Below, one piece after another: positions 28,382 through 38,341 of a stretch of DNA of 64,000 bases. The translations under genes and the position numbers were made by a program. Position 1 is the first letter of the stretch; every line of letters begins with the position of its first letter. Source of the stretch: an uncultured Actinomycetes bacterium (GTDB lineage: Bacteria; Actinomycetota; UBA4738; HRBIN12); contig OY969934.1 in the NCBI GenBank assembly GCA_963704725.1, positions 544,001-608,000 of the forward strand, read 5' to 3'. The notes below the pieces were generated by a model. That model saw only the letters and a list, made by a program, of their open reading frames with translations, made no database searches and was not told the DNA's origin.

Positions 28382-29263
28382 TCAGCCGTCGAGGACGCTC
28401 AGGTCGAGCGTCGCAAGGCGCTCGGGTTCGGCGACCATGTCGATCGCCACGATCCTGTCGCCCGTGATCGTGAACTCGAACACGACCTTCGTCTCGCCGT
28501 GCGAGGCCCACACGAGGCCGGCGGCCCCGTTCACGAGCGCCGGGCGCGCGGCTCGGGCCCGGCCCGAGAAGGTCTCGGCCACGACCTTGGCCCCGCGGAC
28601 CTCCTTCGCGACCCCCATCTGCACGGCGGCGAGGTCCGCCCGCAGCACGACGTCCGGATCGAGCACCGCGAGAAGTGCGCCGAAGTCGCCGCTCCGCGCG
28701 GCTGCCAGGAAGGCGGCCACGACCTCGCGCAGCCGGGTGGGGTCAGCGTCGGAGGTCGCGGTCGACCCCCGCACCCGGCGCCGGGCCCGGCTCGCCAGCT
28801 GCCGGGCCGCCTCCGGTGAACGCTCCACGATCGGGGCGATCTCCTCGAAGGGCACGTCGAACATGTCGTGCAGCACGAAGGCGAGCCGCTCGGCGGGCGA
28901 CAGGGTGTCCAGGACCACGAGCAGCGCGAAACCGACCGAATCGGCGACCATCGCCTGGTGCTCGGGGTGGATCGCCTCCTCGGGGCCCACGGCAGGGTCG
29001 GACGCCCGCGCGTCCAGGGGCTCCTCGCGCCGCGACGTCCGCGAGCGGAGCATGTCGAGGCACACCCGCGCGACGACGGTCGTCAACCATCCGCCCAGGT
29101 TCTCGATGCCGCTCGTGTCCGAGCGGCCGAGCCGCAGCCACGTCTCCTGGACGGCGTCGTCCGCGTCGCTGGTCGAGCCGAGCATCCGGTAGGCCACCGC
29201 CCGCAGGTGCGTGCGGTTGGCCTCGAACCGATCCGCCAGCCAGTCGCGCTCGTCCATGGTCAC
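28382..29263 (-). CDS. ECF sigma factor, ECF41/SigJ-like with SnoaL-like C-terminal extension
   Basis: AVAYRMLGS, DAVQETWLR, ERLAFVLHDMF, RQLASRARRRV, LDPDVVLRAD. Alternative start ATG 29257. Confidence 0.92.
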   Translation of the reverse strand: MTMDERDWLADRFEANRTHLRAVAYRMLGSTSDADDAVQETWLRLGRSDTSGIENLGGWLTTVVARVCLDMLRSRTSRREEPLDARASDPAVGPEEAIHPEHQAMVADSVGFALLVVLDTLSPAERLAFVLHDMFDVPFEEIAPIVERSPEAARQLASRARRRVRGSTATSDADPTRLREVVAAFLAAARSGDFGALLAVLDPDVVLRADLAAVQMGVAKEVRGAKVVAETFSGRARAARPALVNGAAGLVWASHGETKVVFEFTITGDRIVAIDMVAEPERLATLDLSVLDG

Positions 29264-29292
29264 GTTCCCCCGATCGGGTGGGTCATCCTAGT

Positions 29293-29319
29293 GACGCGCG
29301 AGCACCCGCCCGTGTGACC
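29293..29319 (-). promoter_or_regulatory. ECF41-type promoter GGTCACA-N16-CGTC
   Basis: Matches the ECF41 consensus TGTCACA-n16-CGTC with one mismatch and exact spacing, directly upstream of the ECF41 gene. Confidence 0.75.
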
Positions 29320-29352
29320 GGCGGGGGTCGTCGGCGTCTCGAGGAGAGGGGT

Positions 29353-30591
29353 GTGAGGGTGAGGGCTGCGATCCCGGCCGTGTACCGGGGGCTGCTGCGG
29401 GATCGTCGGACACGGCGGTTGCTGATCGGTCTCGGGGTCTCCTCGCTCGGCGACGGGATGAGCACGGTGACGATCGCCTGGCTCGCCGTGCGGGTCGCTC
29501 CGGCCGGCCGGCTCGGGGTGTTCGTAGGGCTCGCGGTGGCCGCCTACACGCTGCCCGGCGTGATCGGCGCGCTCGCGTTCGGCAGGTTCCTGCGTGCTCG
29601 CCCCGCCCGAGCGCTGGTGCTCGTCCACTGCCTGCTCAGGACCGGCTTCCTCGGCGCGGTCGTGGTCCTGTGGGCCGCCGGCGCGCTCGCTCCCGCCGCC
29701 TACGTGGCGCTGCTGGCGGGGTCCTCGTTGATGACGGCGTGGGGGAACGCCGGCGAGTACACGATGCTCTCCGAGCTTGGCGGGCCCGAGGGTCGGCTGG
29801 CCGCGAACTCCCTCGCCGGCGCCCAGGTCTCGTTCGCGGTGATCGTCGGGCCCTCGCTGGCGGGGCTGCTCATCGCCTGGATCGGCCCGGGGTGGCTGAT
29901 CGCGATGGACGCCGCCTCCTTCGCCTTCCTGGGCATCCAGGCCTGGCGGACCCCGACGGGCGCGGCGACGAGCGAGCGGCCGGTCGATACGCAGGCGGCG
30001 GAGTCCGGTTTCCGGCTCCTGCTGCGCCGACGCGACCTGCTGAACCTGACGGTGCTCACGTGGATCTTCTTCTTCCTGTACGGCCCGGTGGAGGACGCCC
30101 TTCCCGTCTACGTCGCCCACGACCTGCACGCGCACGCGCAGCTGCTCGGCGCCTACTGGACGGCGTTCGGGGTCGGGGCGCTCGCCGCCACCCTGATCAC
30201 CGGCACGCTCCGCGGCCACAACATCCGGCGGATCACGCTGGCGATCGTGGCCGGGTGGGGAGCGTGCCTGATCCCGTTCGGCTTCGCGCCGGTGGGGGTC
30301 ACGCTCGCCTGCTTCGCCCTCGGCGGGCTGATCTACGGGCCCTTCATCCCGCTCACGTACGCCCAGTTCCAGGCCGCCTCCTCGACGGCCAACCTCCCCG
30401 CCGTCCTTGCCGCCCGCAGTGCGCTCATGTTGGTCTCGACACCGCTCGGCACGGCGATCGGCGGCCCACTCGTCGGCGTCCTCGGCGCGTCGGGGACGCT
30501 CGCCGCATCGGGCGCCGCGACCGTGCTGCTCGCCCTCGTCGCGGGTCTTCTGAGTCGCTCGCGGTCCTCGGCAACCACCGGGAGCGCCTGA
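29353..30591 (+). CDS. MFS transporter (MFS_3/H+ antiporter-like)
   Basis: VSSLGDGMSTVTIAWLA, IVGPSLAG, MDAASF, about 12 hydrophobic segments. Confidence 0.88.
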   Translation: MRVRAAIPAVYRGLLRDRRTRRLLIGLGVSSLGDGMSTVTIAWLAVRVAPAGRLGVFVGLAVAAYTLPGVIGALAFGRFLRARPARALVLVHCLLRTGFLGAVVVLWAAGALAPAAYVALLAGSSLMTAWGNAGEYTMLSELGGPEGRLAANSLAGAQVSFAVIVGPSLAGLLIAWIGPGWLIAMDAASFAFLGIQAWRTPTGAATSERPVDTQAAESGFRLLLRRRDLLNLTVLTWIFFFLYGPVEDALPVYVAHDLHAHAQLLGAYWTAFGVGALAATLITGTLRGHNIRRITLAIVAGWGACLIPFGFAPVGVTLACFALGGLIYGPFIPLTYAQFQAASSTANLPAVLAARSALMLVSTPLGTAIGGPLVGVLGASGTLAASGAATVLLALVAGLLSRSRSSATTGSA

Positions 30592-30609
30592 GCGCGAGTG
30601 TCGCTGAGG

Positions 30610-31206
30610 TCAGAGCGCGGCCACGAACCGGCCACGGAGCGAGAGCGTGAGGATGCCCAGACCCGTCCCGTTCGTGATGTTCCGGCACTCGATCGCGCCC
30701 GCGTAGCCGCGCTCGTCGGCGACCGTGAACGTCACCGTGCACTCTCCCTGTGTGTATTGCTGTCCCGAGACGTACAGGAACCGGTCCTGCACCTCGACGG
30801 TGACGATGAGCCCGCGAGACGTCTCGTGCGATCCGGCCGCGCCGAAGCGCTCGCCCATGATCTGCAGGCTGTTCGCGGCGTTCGCGCAGTTCCTCGCGTC
30901 GCACCACGTCGCCGAGAACGAGTCGAGCGCGGCCAGCGACAGGTCGAGCTCGGTCCGGATGTCGCCGGTGACGGTGAGGTGAGCTCGGCTGGGGCCGAGA
31001 GGCTCCGGTTCGGGCGAAGGCGAAAGCGAGGGCTCGGGTGCAGACGACGTGGACTCGGACGGTGTCGGGGAGATCGTCGGCAAGCTCGTGGGCTCCTGCG
31101 CCGAGGCGGACGACGGGGCCGACTCGAGCGATGAGGAGGGTTCCCCGCAGGCGCTCATCGCGATGAGCAGGAACGCGGCCACGAGCGTCGCCGAGCGTCT
31201 CAGCAC
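30610..31206 (-). CDS. Hypothetical lipoprotein with Ser/Pro-rich linker and Cys-containing domain
   Basis: MLRRSATLVAAFLLIAMSAC lipobox-like signal. Start taken at GTG 31206. Confidence 0.65.
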   Translation of the reverse strand: MLRRSATLVAAFLLIAMSACGEPSSSLESAPSSASAQEPTSLPTISPTPSESTSSAPEPSLSPSPEPEPLGPSRAHLTVTGDIRTELDLSLAALDSFSATWCDARNCANAANSLQIMGERFGAAGSHETSRGLIVTVEVQDRFLYVSGQQYTQGECTVTFTVADERGYAGAIECRNITNGTGLGILTLSLRGRFVAAL

Positions 31207-31302
31207 AGCTCGAGGCTGAGGGAGCCGATGACGATCGGCGAGGGGCCTTCGCCCCGGGCCGGGTGGGCCGTCGAGGCGTGTGCCCACGGATGTGCGCGAA
31301 CC

Positions 31303-32176
31303 TCACCCGTCCGAAGTGAGGACCCGGCGCAAGGTCTGCGGCGAAGGCGTCGGGTTCTCCCGTCTGGCCGTATTCGCCGCCCAGGAAGCCGCCGTGTCCG
31401 CCGGGGAAGGTCACCGGCGTCGTCCCGAGCCGATCCGCGACCGCGGTCGCAGCGCGGCCGGCCATCGCCGCCCCGCTCTCCGCTCCGATGCCGATGACGA
31501 TGCGGGTCGGCGCCGCGCGCAGGGCGTCGAAGTCGTGCTGGTACGCGAGGCTCGAGATGATGTTCTGCCCGACCAGCGGGTCGTCCCGGAGACGGTCGTC
31601 CTCGGTCGGCAGCCCGAACATCGCCGGATCGGGTGCGGGCCGCTCGGCGTAGTCGACCGGCAACGGGCCTTCGTGGCTGGCGAGAGCGAAGAACTTCGCC
31701 ATCGCCGGCCCGAGGCCCTCGCGGTAGTACGTCTCGCGGATGTCGACGCAGGCGGCCAGCACCTGCTCGCGGTCCGGCAGCGCCTGGCCGGCCGGCGGCT
31801 CGTGTGCGACGAGCGTCCGGACCTGCTCTGGATGGCGGGCCACGAGCGCGAGCGCGTTCACGGCCCCGCCGCTGCTGGCGAAGACGTCCACGGGTCCGGC
31901 GTCGACGGCCGAGATCACCCGGTGCAGGTCGTCGGCGTGCTCGTCGGGCGTGGTCTCGGTGGCGCCGTCGGTCCGCTTGCTCCGGTCCACCCCGCGGGGG
32001 TCGTAGGTGACGATCGTCCGGTCGGGGAAGTGCGAGGAGAGCGTGGCGAACCCCGCGGCGCCCATCGGCGACCCGATCAGGAGCAGGACGGGCTCGTCGC
32101 CGGACTCGCCGCCGCGGACGTCGTAGGCCAGCACGGCGCCCGGCACGTCCAGTGTGTGAGTCGTCGGTTCGTTCAT
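31303..32176 (-). CDS. Alpha/beta hydrolase, frameshift near 31345
   Basis: TYDPRG, FASSGG nucleophile elbow, LVAHEPP, FPGGHGGF. A +1 shift restores the C-terminus AFAATLRRVLTSDG*. Confidence 0.85.
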
Positions 32177-32299
32177 GAGGCCTTCCCCCGTTGGTCTCCG
32201 AGTCTCCTCGATCAGACCCGCCGATTCTGCCGGATTCATCGGTCGGCCCTGCGGGATCCGCGTCTTCGACCGTCACGAAGCGTGGCGAGCTGATAAGGT

Positions 32300-32328
32300 T
32301 TGGACGATTGTCCAGGTCGAACGTCCAA
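32300..32328. promoter_or_regulatory. TetR operator-like palindromes (TGGAC-GATT-GTCCA; outer TTGGACG...CGTCCAA)
   Basis: Nested inverted repeats immediately after a TAAGGT -10-like hexamer (32294-32299) and before tetR. Confidence 0.65.
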
Positions 32329-32343
32329 GGCGGGAGGACCCCG

Positions 32344-32955
32344 GTGAGCCCCACCGACGTCGAGGGTGTGGACACGCGTCGTCGTCTGACCGAAGCGACG
32401 ATCGAGGTGATCGCGGAGCGCGGCTGGGGCGGCGTCTCGACCCGCGCCGTCGCCGAGAGGGCCGGCGTCAACCCGGGCGTCGTCCACTATCACTTCGCCT
32501 CGATCGACGAGCTGCGACGCCGTGCGGTGGTCGACGCCCTCGGCGTCCTGGAGGACGCGGTCATGGACGCCTCGAGCGATCGCACACCTCGCGAGATCCT
32601 CGAGGCGGCGGCGGAGGCGACCGTCGGGCTCGGGCGCTCGGAGAGGCTGCTGCTGTTCGAGGCGCTGCCTCCGGCGGGTCGCGATCCGCAGATGCGGGAG
32701 GAGCTCGGGGAGCTCCTGATCCGAGGTCGCGGCATCCTGGCCGCCCGGATCCGCGCCCACCACCCGCAGCCGCTCGGTGACCCGGACGTGCTGGCCGGCG
32801 TGATCGCCGCGGCCCTCGACGGCCTGCTCCTTCACCTGCTGGTCGAGCCGGGCCTCGACGTCGGCGCCCACGTCCGACCGCTGCTGGCCCTCCTCGGCCC
32901 CGAGATGACCGCCACCCCCGAGACGGCCCCGGAGCCGGAGGAGGCCACCCGATGA
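32344..32955 (+). CDS. TetR/AcrR-family regulator
   Basis: TRRRLTEATIEVIAERG..STRAVAERAGVNPGVVHYHF HTH. Confidence 0.92.
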   Translation: MSPTDVEGVDTRRRLTEATIEVIAERGWGGVSTRAVAERAGVNPGVVHYHFASIDELRRRAVVDALGVLEDAVMDASSDRTPREILEAAAEATVGLGRSERLLLFEALPPAGRDPQMREELGELLIRGRGILAARIRAHHPQPLGDPDVLAGVIAAALDGLLLHLLVEPGLDVGAHVRPLLALLGPEMTATPETAPEPEEATR

Positions 32956-33683
32956 CCGCTCGCGATACCGACCACTCGGTCGCCACCCTGACCGGCGTCT
33001 CGAAGACCTTCGGTGAGGGCTCGACCGCCGTGCACGCCCTGGCCGACGTCGACATGGATCTCGCACGCGGCGAGCTGGCGGTGATCCTGGGTCCCTCCGG
33101 CTCGGGGAAGACCACGCTCCTGAACCTCGTCGGCGGCATCCAGCGGCCGTCGGCCGGGCGCATCGTCATCGCGGGCCGCGATCTGACCGATCTCGACGGC
33201 CGGGCGCTGACCGACGTGCGACGCGAGGTCATCGGGTTCGTGTTCCAGTTCTTCAACCTCGTCCCGACGCTGACCGCGGCCGAGAACGTCGCGCTGATCG
33301 CCGAGCTGACGGACCACGGTCGCGTCGACGAGCGGGTGGATCGCGTGCTCGCCGAGGTCGGCCTCCAGGATCGAGGGGATCACTTCCCGGGTCAGCTGTC
33401 GGGCGGGGAGCAGCAGCGGGTCGCCATCGCCCGGGCGCTGGTGAAGGAGCCGCCGCTGCTGCTGTGCGACGAGCCGACCGGTGCGCTGGACATCGAGACG
33501 GGCCGCACGATCCTCGCGTTGCTCGATCGCCAAGCGCGGCAGTCGGGACGAACGGTGCTCATCGTCACGCACAACGCGGCCATCGGCACGCTGGCCGACC
33601 GCGTCATCCGTCTGCGCAACGGCCGCGTCGACGGCATCCATCGCAACGAGCGGCCGGCACCGGTCGATCAGGTGGACTGGTGA
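32952..33683 (+). CDS. ABC transporter ATP-binding protein (LolD/MacB-type)
   Basis: GPSGSGKT, LSGGEQQRVAIARAL, CDEPTGALD. Confidence 0.95.
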   Translation: MTARDTDHSVATLTGVSKTFGEGSTAVHALADVDMDLARGELAVILGPSGSGKTTLLNLVGGIQRPSAGRIVIAGRDLTDLDGRALTDVRREVIGFVFQFFNLVPTLTAAENVALIAELTDHGRVDERVDRVLAEVGLQDRGDHFPGQLSGGEQQRVAIARALVKEPPLLLCDEPTGALDIETGRTILALLDRQARQSGRTVLIVTHNAAIGTLADRVIRLRNGRVDGIHRNERPAPVDQVDW

Positions 33684-36052
33684 TGCGCGGGCGCGTCCTG
33701 CGCACCAAGCTGCGTCGGGACATCGGCCGGCAGTGGCCGCAGTTCGGAGCCATCGTCGTGCTGATCACGCTGGGTGTGGCGCTGTTCGCCGCGTCGTACG
33801 ACGCGTTCCGCAACCTCGAGGCGTCCTACGCGAACCTGCACGTTCAGCTGCGTTCGGCGGACCTGTGGATCACCGGTGGCGACACCGAGCGGATCGCCGC
33901 GACGGCCTCGGCCACCGACGGCGTCGCCGACGTCGTGACCCGGATCCAGGCCGATGTGCCGCTGCGGTTCGACGGCGTCGACAAGCTCCGGGGCCGGATC
34001 ATCGGCGTCCCCGCCGATCATCAGCCGGCGGTGTGCGGCCTGCTGCTGCTGCACGGCGGCTACGAGGTCGCCGGGCCGGAGGCCCTCGTGGAGCGCCACA
34101 CGTTCGACCATTTCGGGCTGGCCCTGGGCGATCGCGTCGACGTGCTGCCGGCCGGGTCGAGCGCCTGGATGCCGCTGCGGGTGACCGGGGACGCCGAGTC
34201 CGCCGAGTACATCTGGCCGGCTCGAAGCCGCCAAGACTCCATCACCCTGCCCGACGACTTCGGCGTGCTGTTCGTGTCCGAGGACCTCGCCGCGTCCATC
34301 GTCCAGGGTGGGCCGAACCAGGTCCTCGTCCGTCTCACCGCCGGCGCGGCCCCCGACGTGGTGGACCGGCTGCGCAGCGAGGCCACGTCGCTCGGCGCCA
34401 CCGAGGTGCTGACCCGCGCCCAGCAGGCATCGAACGCGCTCCTGCAGGAGGACATCGACGGCTTCAGCGAGATGTCCGCTGCGTTCCCGTTGCTGTTCCT
34501 GACCGCGGCGATGATGGCCGCCTACGTGCTGGTGACCAGACGCGTGCTGAGCGAGCGCAGCCTCATCGGCATGATGCTGGCGAGCGGCCTGCACCGACGC
34601 CAGGTGTTGCGCCACTACCTCGGCTTCGGGCTCACCGCCGGCGCGATCGGGTCGGTGGTCGGAGTCGTCGCCGGCACCGCCGCGGCCCGGACGATGACGC
34701 GGCTGTACCTGGGGGCCATCGACCTGCCGAACCAGGTCGCCGTCTACGACATCCGCGCGGCGACGTTGATCGCCGGGCTCGCCTTCGGTGTCGTCGTCGG
34801 GGGGTTGTCCGCCGCCGCCCCCGCGTTGCTCGCCTCTCGGATCGAGCCGGCCGAGGCCATGCGCGGCCTCGTCCCGGCGACCGGCGGCCGCCGGAGCCTG
34901 CTCGAGCGGCTGGTCCCGCCTTTTCGGCGGCTTCCCACCCGGTGGCGGCTGGTCCTGCGCGGGATCGGCCGGAACCGGCGGCGGACCTCCTACACGATCC
35001 TGGGCGTGACCCTGTCGATGCTGTTGATCCTCGTGTCGTGGTCGATGTTCGACACGATGGACGGCCTGTTGAACACGCAGTTCCAGCGTGTCCAGCTGCA
35101 GGATGCGCGCGTGGGGTTCACGGGTCCGCAGGACGCAGGGGTGCTCGAACGGCTCCGCGCCGTCGTAGGGGTGTCCGAGGTCGAGCCGGTCGTCACGGCC
35201 TCCGCGGCACTGCGCGGGCCCGCGGGCAGCTACGGGTCGGTGCTGCTGGCGCTGCCCAGCAACACCGACATGCACGGGTTCGTGCTGACCGGTGGCTCGG
35301 AGACGACGCTCTCCGAGGACGGCGTGCTCGTCGGGGTCGGCGCGGAGGGCTTCATCGGCGTGCCGGTGGGAGGGACGGCCACGCTCGACGTCCCGGACCT
35401 CGGTCTGAGCCTCCCCGTCAGGATCGACGGCTACCTCGACGAGCCACTCGGCACCTTCGTCTACGCGCCCCTGGATGCGGTGCGCCGGATGGCCGGGCAT
35501 CCGCTCCCGATCACCTCCGCGATGCTGCGCTTCAGCGACGGCGCGGATCGGGATGCGATCAGGCGCTCGGTGCAGGGCCTCGACATCGTGGCCTCGTACG
35601 AGGACGCGAGATCGCTGGTGGCCCTCTTCGAGGATTACACGGGCCTGTTCTACGGCTTCGTCGGCGCGATGCTCGTCCTCGGGGCCCTGATGGCGTTCGC
35701 GATCATGTTCACGACGATGTCGGTCAACATCGTGGAGCGGTCCCGAGAGGTGGCCACGCTTCGGGCGAACGGCGTGCGACTCCGCCAGATCTCGCGGCTG
35801 ATCTCGTCCGAGAACCTGATCATGACGCTCATGGGCATCGTGCCGGGGTTGATCGCCGGCGTGCTCGGGGGCCGTGCCCTGATGGCTTCGTACTCCTCGG
35901 ACCTCTTCCGGCTGAACCTCGTCGTACGAGCCCAGACGCTCGTCCTGGCGGGAGCGGCGATCGTCGTCGTGGCGCTCGTGTCGCAATGGCCGTCGCTGCG
36001 AGCGGTACGCCGGCTCGACATCGCCTCCGTGGTGCGCGAGCGCGACACGTGA
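33683..36052 (+). CDS. ABC transporter permease, duplicated FtsX/MacB-type domains
   Basis: Two FtsX-like halves (ERSLIGMMLASG; ERSREVATLRANG). TGATG overlap. Confidence 0.9.
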   Translation: MRGRVLRTKLRRDIGRQWPQFGAIVVLITLGVALFAASYDAFRNLEASYANLHVQLRSADLWITGGDTERIAATASATDGVADVVTRIQADVPLRFDGVDKLRGRIIGVPADHQPAVCGLLLLHGGYEVAGPEALVERHTFDHFGLALGDRVDVLPAGSSAWMPLRVTGDAESAEYIWPARSRQDSITLPDDFGVLFVSEDLAASIVQGGPNQVLVRLTAGAAPDVVDRLRSEATSLGATEVLTRAQQASNALLQEDIDGFSEMSAAFPLLFLTAAMMAAYVLVTRRVLSERSLIGMMLASGLHRRQVLRHYLGFGLTAGAIGSVVGVVAGTAAARTMTRLYLGAIDLPNQVAVYDIRAATLIAGLAFGVVVGGLSAAAPALLASRIEPAEAMRGLVPATGGRRSLLERLVPPFRRLPTRWRLVLRGIGRNRRRTSYTILGVTLSMLLILVSWSMFDTMDGLLNTQFQRVQLQDARVGFTGPQDAGVLERLRAVVGVSEVEPVVTASAALRGPAGSYGSVLLALPSNTDMHGFVLTGGSETTLSEDGVLVGVGAEGFIGVPVGGTATLDVPDLGLSLPVRIDGYLDEPLGTFVYAPLDAVRRMAGHPLPITSAMLRFSDGADRDAIRRSVQGLDIVASYEDARSLVALFEDYTGLFYGFVGAMLVLGALMAFAIMFTTMSVNIVERSREVATLRANGVRLRQISRLISSENLIMTLMGIVPGLIAGVLGGRALMASYSSDLFRLNLVVRAQTLVLAGAAIVVVALVSQWPSLRAVRRLDIASVVRERDT

Positions 36053-36228
36053 GCCGCCGAGGTCCGCGGCGTGAGCGGTTTGGGAACACTCCCGAACCGT
36101 GAGGCGGACCAACACGGCTTTCGGGCGCAGCTGGAGGATGTGGTCGAGCGGCGCCCTCCTGCATTCGGCGTCCGCGCGCGGCGGCAGCCGAACAGTCGGG
36201 TTGCGGTGTGCGATGCCCAGCTTCTTCC

Positions 36229-37851
36229 CTAGATCAGCCGGTAGAACGCATGTGCCACCTGTCCGCTGTCGAACGCCAGGAAGAGCGTGTAGCACCCTCT
36301 CTGTCTGGGCGTCCGCCACACGTAGATGAAGCGCGTGACCCGGCCGTAGGCGAGACCGGTGCCGACGGTCGGCACGGTCTGGGTCGCCCCGTCAGGGTCG
36401 ACGGAGAACGCCGAACAGCTCGATGGCTTGGAGGTCACGGTGCGCACGGCTGCGAGGGACGACGTGTACGTGCTGTGCGCATCAGTGAGCTGGAATCGTA
36501 CGATCGAAGGCCACCCGGCCAGGGCGACGTTCACGTTGGGAGGCGAGGTCAGCGGGAAGAGGAACCGGATGTCGTATCCCACCCGATAGGTCACCGTGAC
36601 GGGGTCGGCGACGTTGCCGGACGAGTCGCTCGACTCCACGCGGAAGACCTTCTCCCCGACCGAGGATGTGTCGATCGGCGTCCCGTTCGGCACGGTGCCG
36701 CGACACACGGGCGCGGGATCGTCGTCGTCGATGCACGAGTAGTCGGCATCGACGATCGAGTTGAGGACATAGGTCTGATCTGCGGGAGCGAGGACGGTGA
36801 TCTTCGGCGCGGTCGAGACCCCCCAGTCGCTCGGCACCTTGTCGCTCGACACGCCGGCTATCGCCGTCTGGTTCGACCCGTCGGGGTTCATCAGGACGAC
36901 GGCGGGGCCGAGGCTCCCGTTCGCGAGGGGGGTCCGGTAGCTCAGGTACACGATCTTCGTTCCGTCCGGGGAGTAGATGGGATCGAAATCCGCGTACCCG
37001 TCGTTCGTGACGGCATGCTGGCCGCTGCCGTCCGCGTTCATCGCCCAGATCTCTCCCGCGCCCACCTCATCGACCTGGTCCCGCGTCCAGACGATCTTCG
37101 AACCGTCGGGTGAGAAGTCCGGCTGGCGGTCCACGACCGACGCGGCGGTGTCGGTCAGCCGGGTCTGGCCGGATCCACTCACGTCCATGACGTAGATCTC
37201 GTAGTTGTTGGGAGGTGGCGTGCCCGGCAAGCGAGAGATCTTGGTGAACGCGATCTTGGTGCCGTCGGGCGAGAACGTCGGCTCGACGTCGGCGATCCCG
37301 TAGGGATCGGGGAGATCCGGGTTCACCGTGAGGGGCGTTTGCCCCGAGCCATCGGCGTTCATGATCCACAGATCGATCCCTCGTTCGAACACGATCTTCG
37401 TTCCGTCCGGGGAGATCGCCGGGTTGGAGTCGTTGAGATCGTCGTCCGTAAGCCGCACCTTGTTGGATCCGTCGGCGTCCATGATCCAGATCTCGCCATC
37501 GGTCAAGCTGAGCTCCGGGCACGCGTGGGTCCAGTAGGCGATCTTCTTCCCGTCGCCGGAGAACGTCGGGTCACGGTCGCAGATCGAGTTGTCCGTCAGC
37601 TTCGTCGAGTTCCCTCCGTTCGCGTTCATGACGTAGATCTCGAAGTCACCGTCATCTCCCACGACCGCGATCTTCCCGTTCGGTCCGGGGTACGTCGCCG
37701 TAGCCGGCTCCGCCGTCGAAATGACCATCGTGGCGATGAGAGCGGCAGCGGCCAGGATCGAGAGACGTCCCCGCGAGATCCGGCGCCCGAACCCGATGCC
37801 CACCGTCGAGGCCCGGCCGCGCTGAATCCGGAACCGGCGTGCCCGTTCCAT
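36229..37851 (-). CDS. Secreted TolB-like (PD40 repeat) beta-propeller protein with C-terminal Ig-like/PxKF-like region
   Basis: Signal region then ATYPGPNGKIA. Repeats P.FSPDG.KI.F and IW.MNADGS (about 5-6 copies). GGAGG RBS before ATG 37851. Confidence 0.85.
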   Translation of the reverse strand: MERARRFRIQRGRASTVGIGFGRRISRGRLSILAAAALIATMVISTAEPATATYPGPNGKIAVVGDDGDFEIYVMNANGGNSTKLTDNSICDRDPTFSGDGKKIAYWTHACPELSLTDGEIWIMDADGSNKVRLTDDDLNDSNPAISPDGTKIVFERGIDLWIMNADGSGQTPLTVNPDLPDPYGIADVEPTFSPDGTKIAFTKISRLPGTPPPNNYEIYVMDVSGSGQTRLTDTAASVVDRQPDFSPDGSKIVWTRDQVDEVGAGEIWAMNADGSGQHAVTNDGYADFDPIYSPDGTKIVYLSYRTPLANGSLGPAVVLMNPDGSNQTAIAGVSSDKVPSDWGVSTAPKITVLAPADQTYVLNSIVDADYSCIDDDDPAPVCRGTVPNGTPIDTSSVGEKVFRVESSDSSGNVADPVTVTYRVGYDIRFLFPLTSPPNVNVALAGWPSIVRFQLTDAHSTYTSSLAAVRTVTSKPSSCSAFSVDPDGATQTVPTVGTGLAYGRVTRFIYVWRTPRQRGCYTLFLAFDSGQVAHAFYRLI

Positions 37852-37908
37852 CGCCCACCTCCCATACTCGGCGTTCCCGAGCCCTGTTCGGCTCCGATCG
37901 ATCCCCGC

Positions 37909-37952
37909 AGGGTGGCGTGGGACCTTCGGGCAGGCTTCGGGCAGGGTCAAGG
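37909..37952 (-). promoter_or_regulatory. Tandem 11-bp direct repeat CCTGCCCGAAG x2 plus -10-like CACCCT
   Basis: Two perfect repeats at 37945-37924, 9-nt spacer, CACCCT. 27/31 identical to the site at 41810-41840. Confidence 0.75.
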
Positions 37953-38056
37953 GGCGGCGCCACCTCGCGGGTCAGGATCCCTCCGCCTCGGTCGACCGGG
38001 TGGGACCGCCCGCCTGGAGTGGACGAGACAGGGGACAGACGTTTCGGGAACGGCGA

Positions 38057-38245
38057 TCATGGCTCACGGCCCTCATCCCCGCCGTTCGGGCCTATGGCGG
38101 TGGCGAGGAACTCGAGCAGCTCCGCCGGGGAAGCGAAGGGGCGCTCCGTTCCGCTGGCGACGTGTCGCACCAAGCCCCGGATCTCGGGATCGATCCGGTC
38201 TCCTCCCGTGCCCGGTGTCCACAGCCTCACGATGAACGTCTCCAC
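38057..38245 (-). CDS. Small hypothetical protein (62 aa), METFIVRLW...RGLVRHVASG.E..F....ELLEFL
   Basis: GAGAGGA RBS, compact beta-beta-beta-alpha-like pattern, own repeat-bearing promoter, directly downstream of the large regulator. Confidence 0.75.
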   Translation of the reverse strand: METFIVRLWTPGTGGDRIDPEIRGLVRHVASGTERPFASPAELLEFLATAIGPNGGDEGREP

Positions 38246-38293
38246 GAGATCCTCTCGAGCACGGGCGAGGCTGGCGTCTGGTTCGCGGTTCGC

Positions 38294-38330
38294 ATCGTGC
38301 CGGCATGGATTCGGGTGTCCTTCGGGCAGG
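38294..38330 (-). promoter_or_regulatory. Tandem 11-bp repeat CCTGCCCGAAG-GACACCCGAAT plus -10-like CACGAT
   Basis: Same unit, period and 9-nt spacer as the sites at 37.9 kb and 41.8 kb. Confidence 0.7.
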
Positions 38331-38341
38331 GTTGCGGCGGA

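Noticed and set aside
30425-32239. 604-aa hydrolase with a long C-terminal extension
   Set aside because: The extension arises from a +1 frameshift near 31345 and overlaps a separate lipoprotein gene.
33668-36319. Very long antisense and alternate-frame ORFs here and throughout the window
   Set aside because: Expected in very high-GC DNA; Arg/Pro/Gly-rich with no motifs.
36900-37700. Imperfect DNA repeats of roughly 120-150 nt
   Set aside because: They are the PD40 protein repeats of the beta-propeller gene.
37922-37952. Short tandem repeats as a CRISPR array or transposon end
   Set aside because: Only two 11-bp units, no spacers, no cas or transposase gene. The geometry fits a regulator site.
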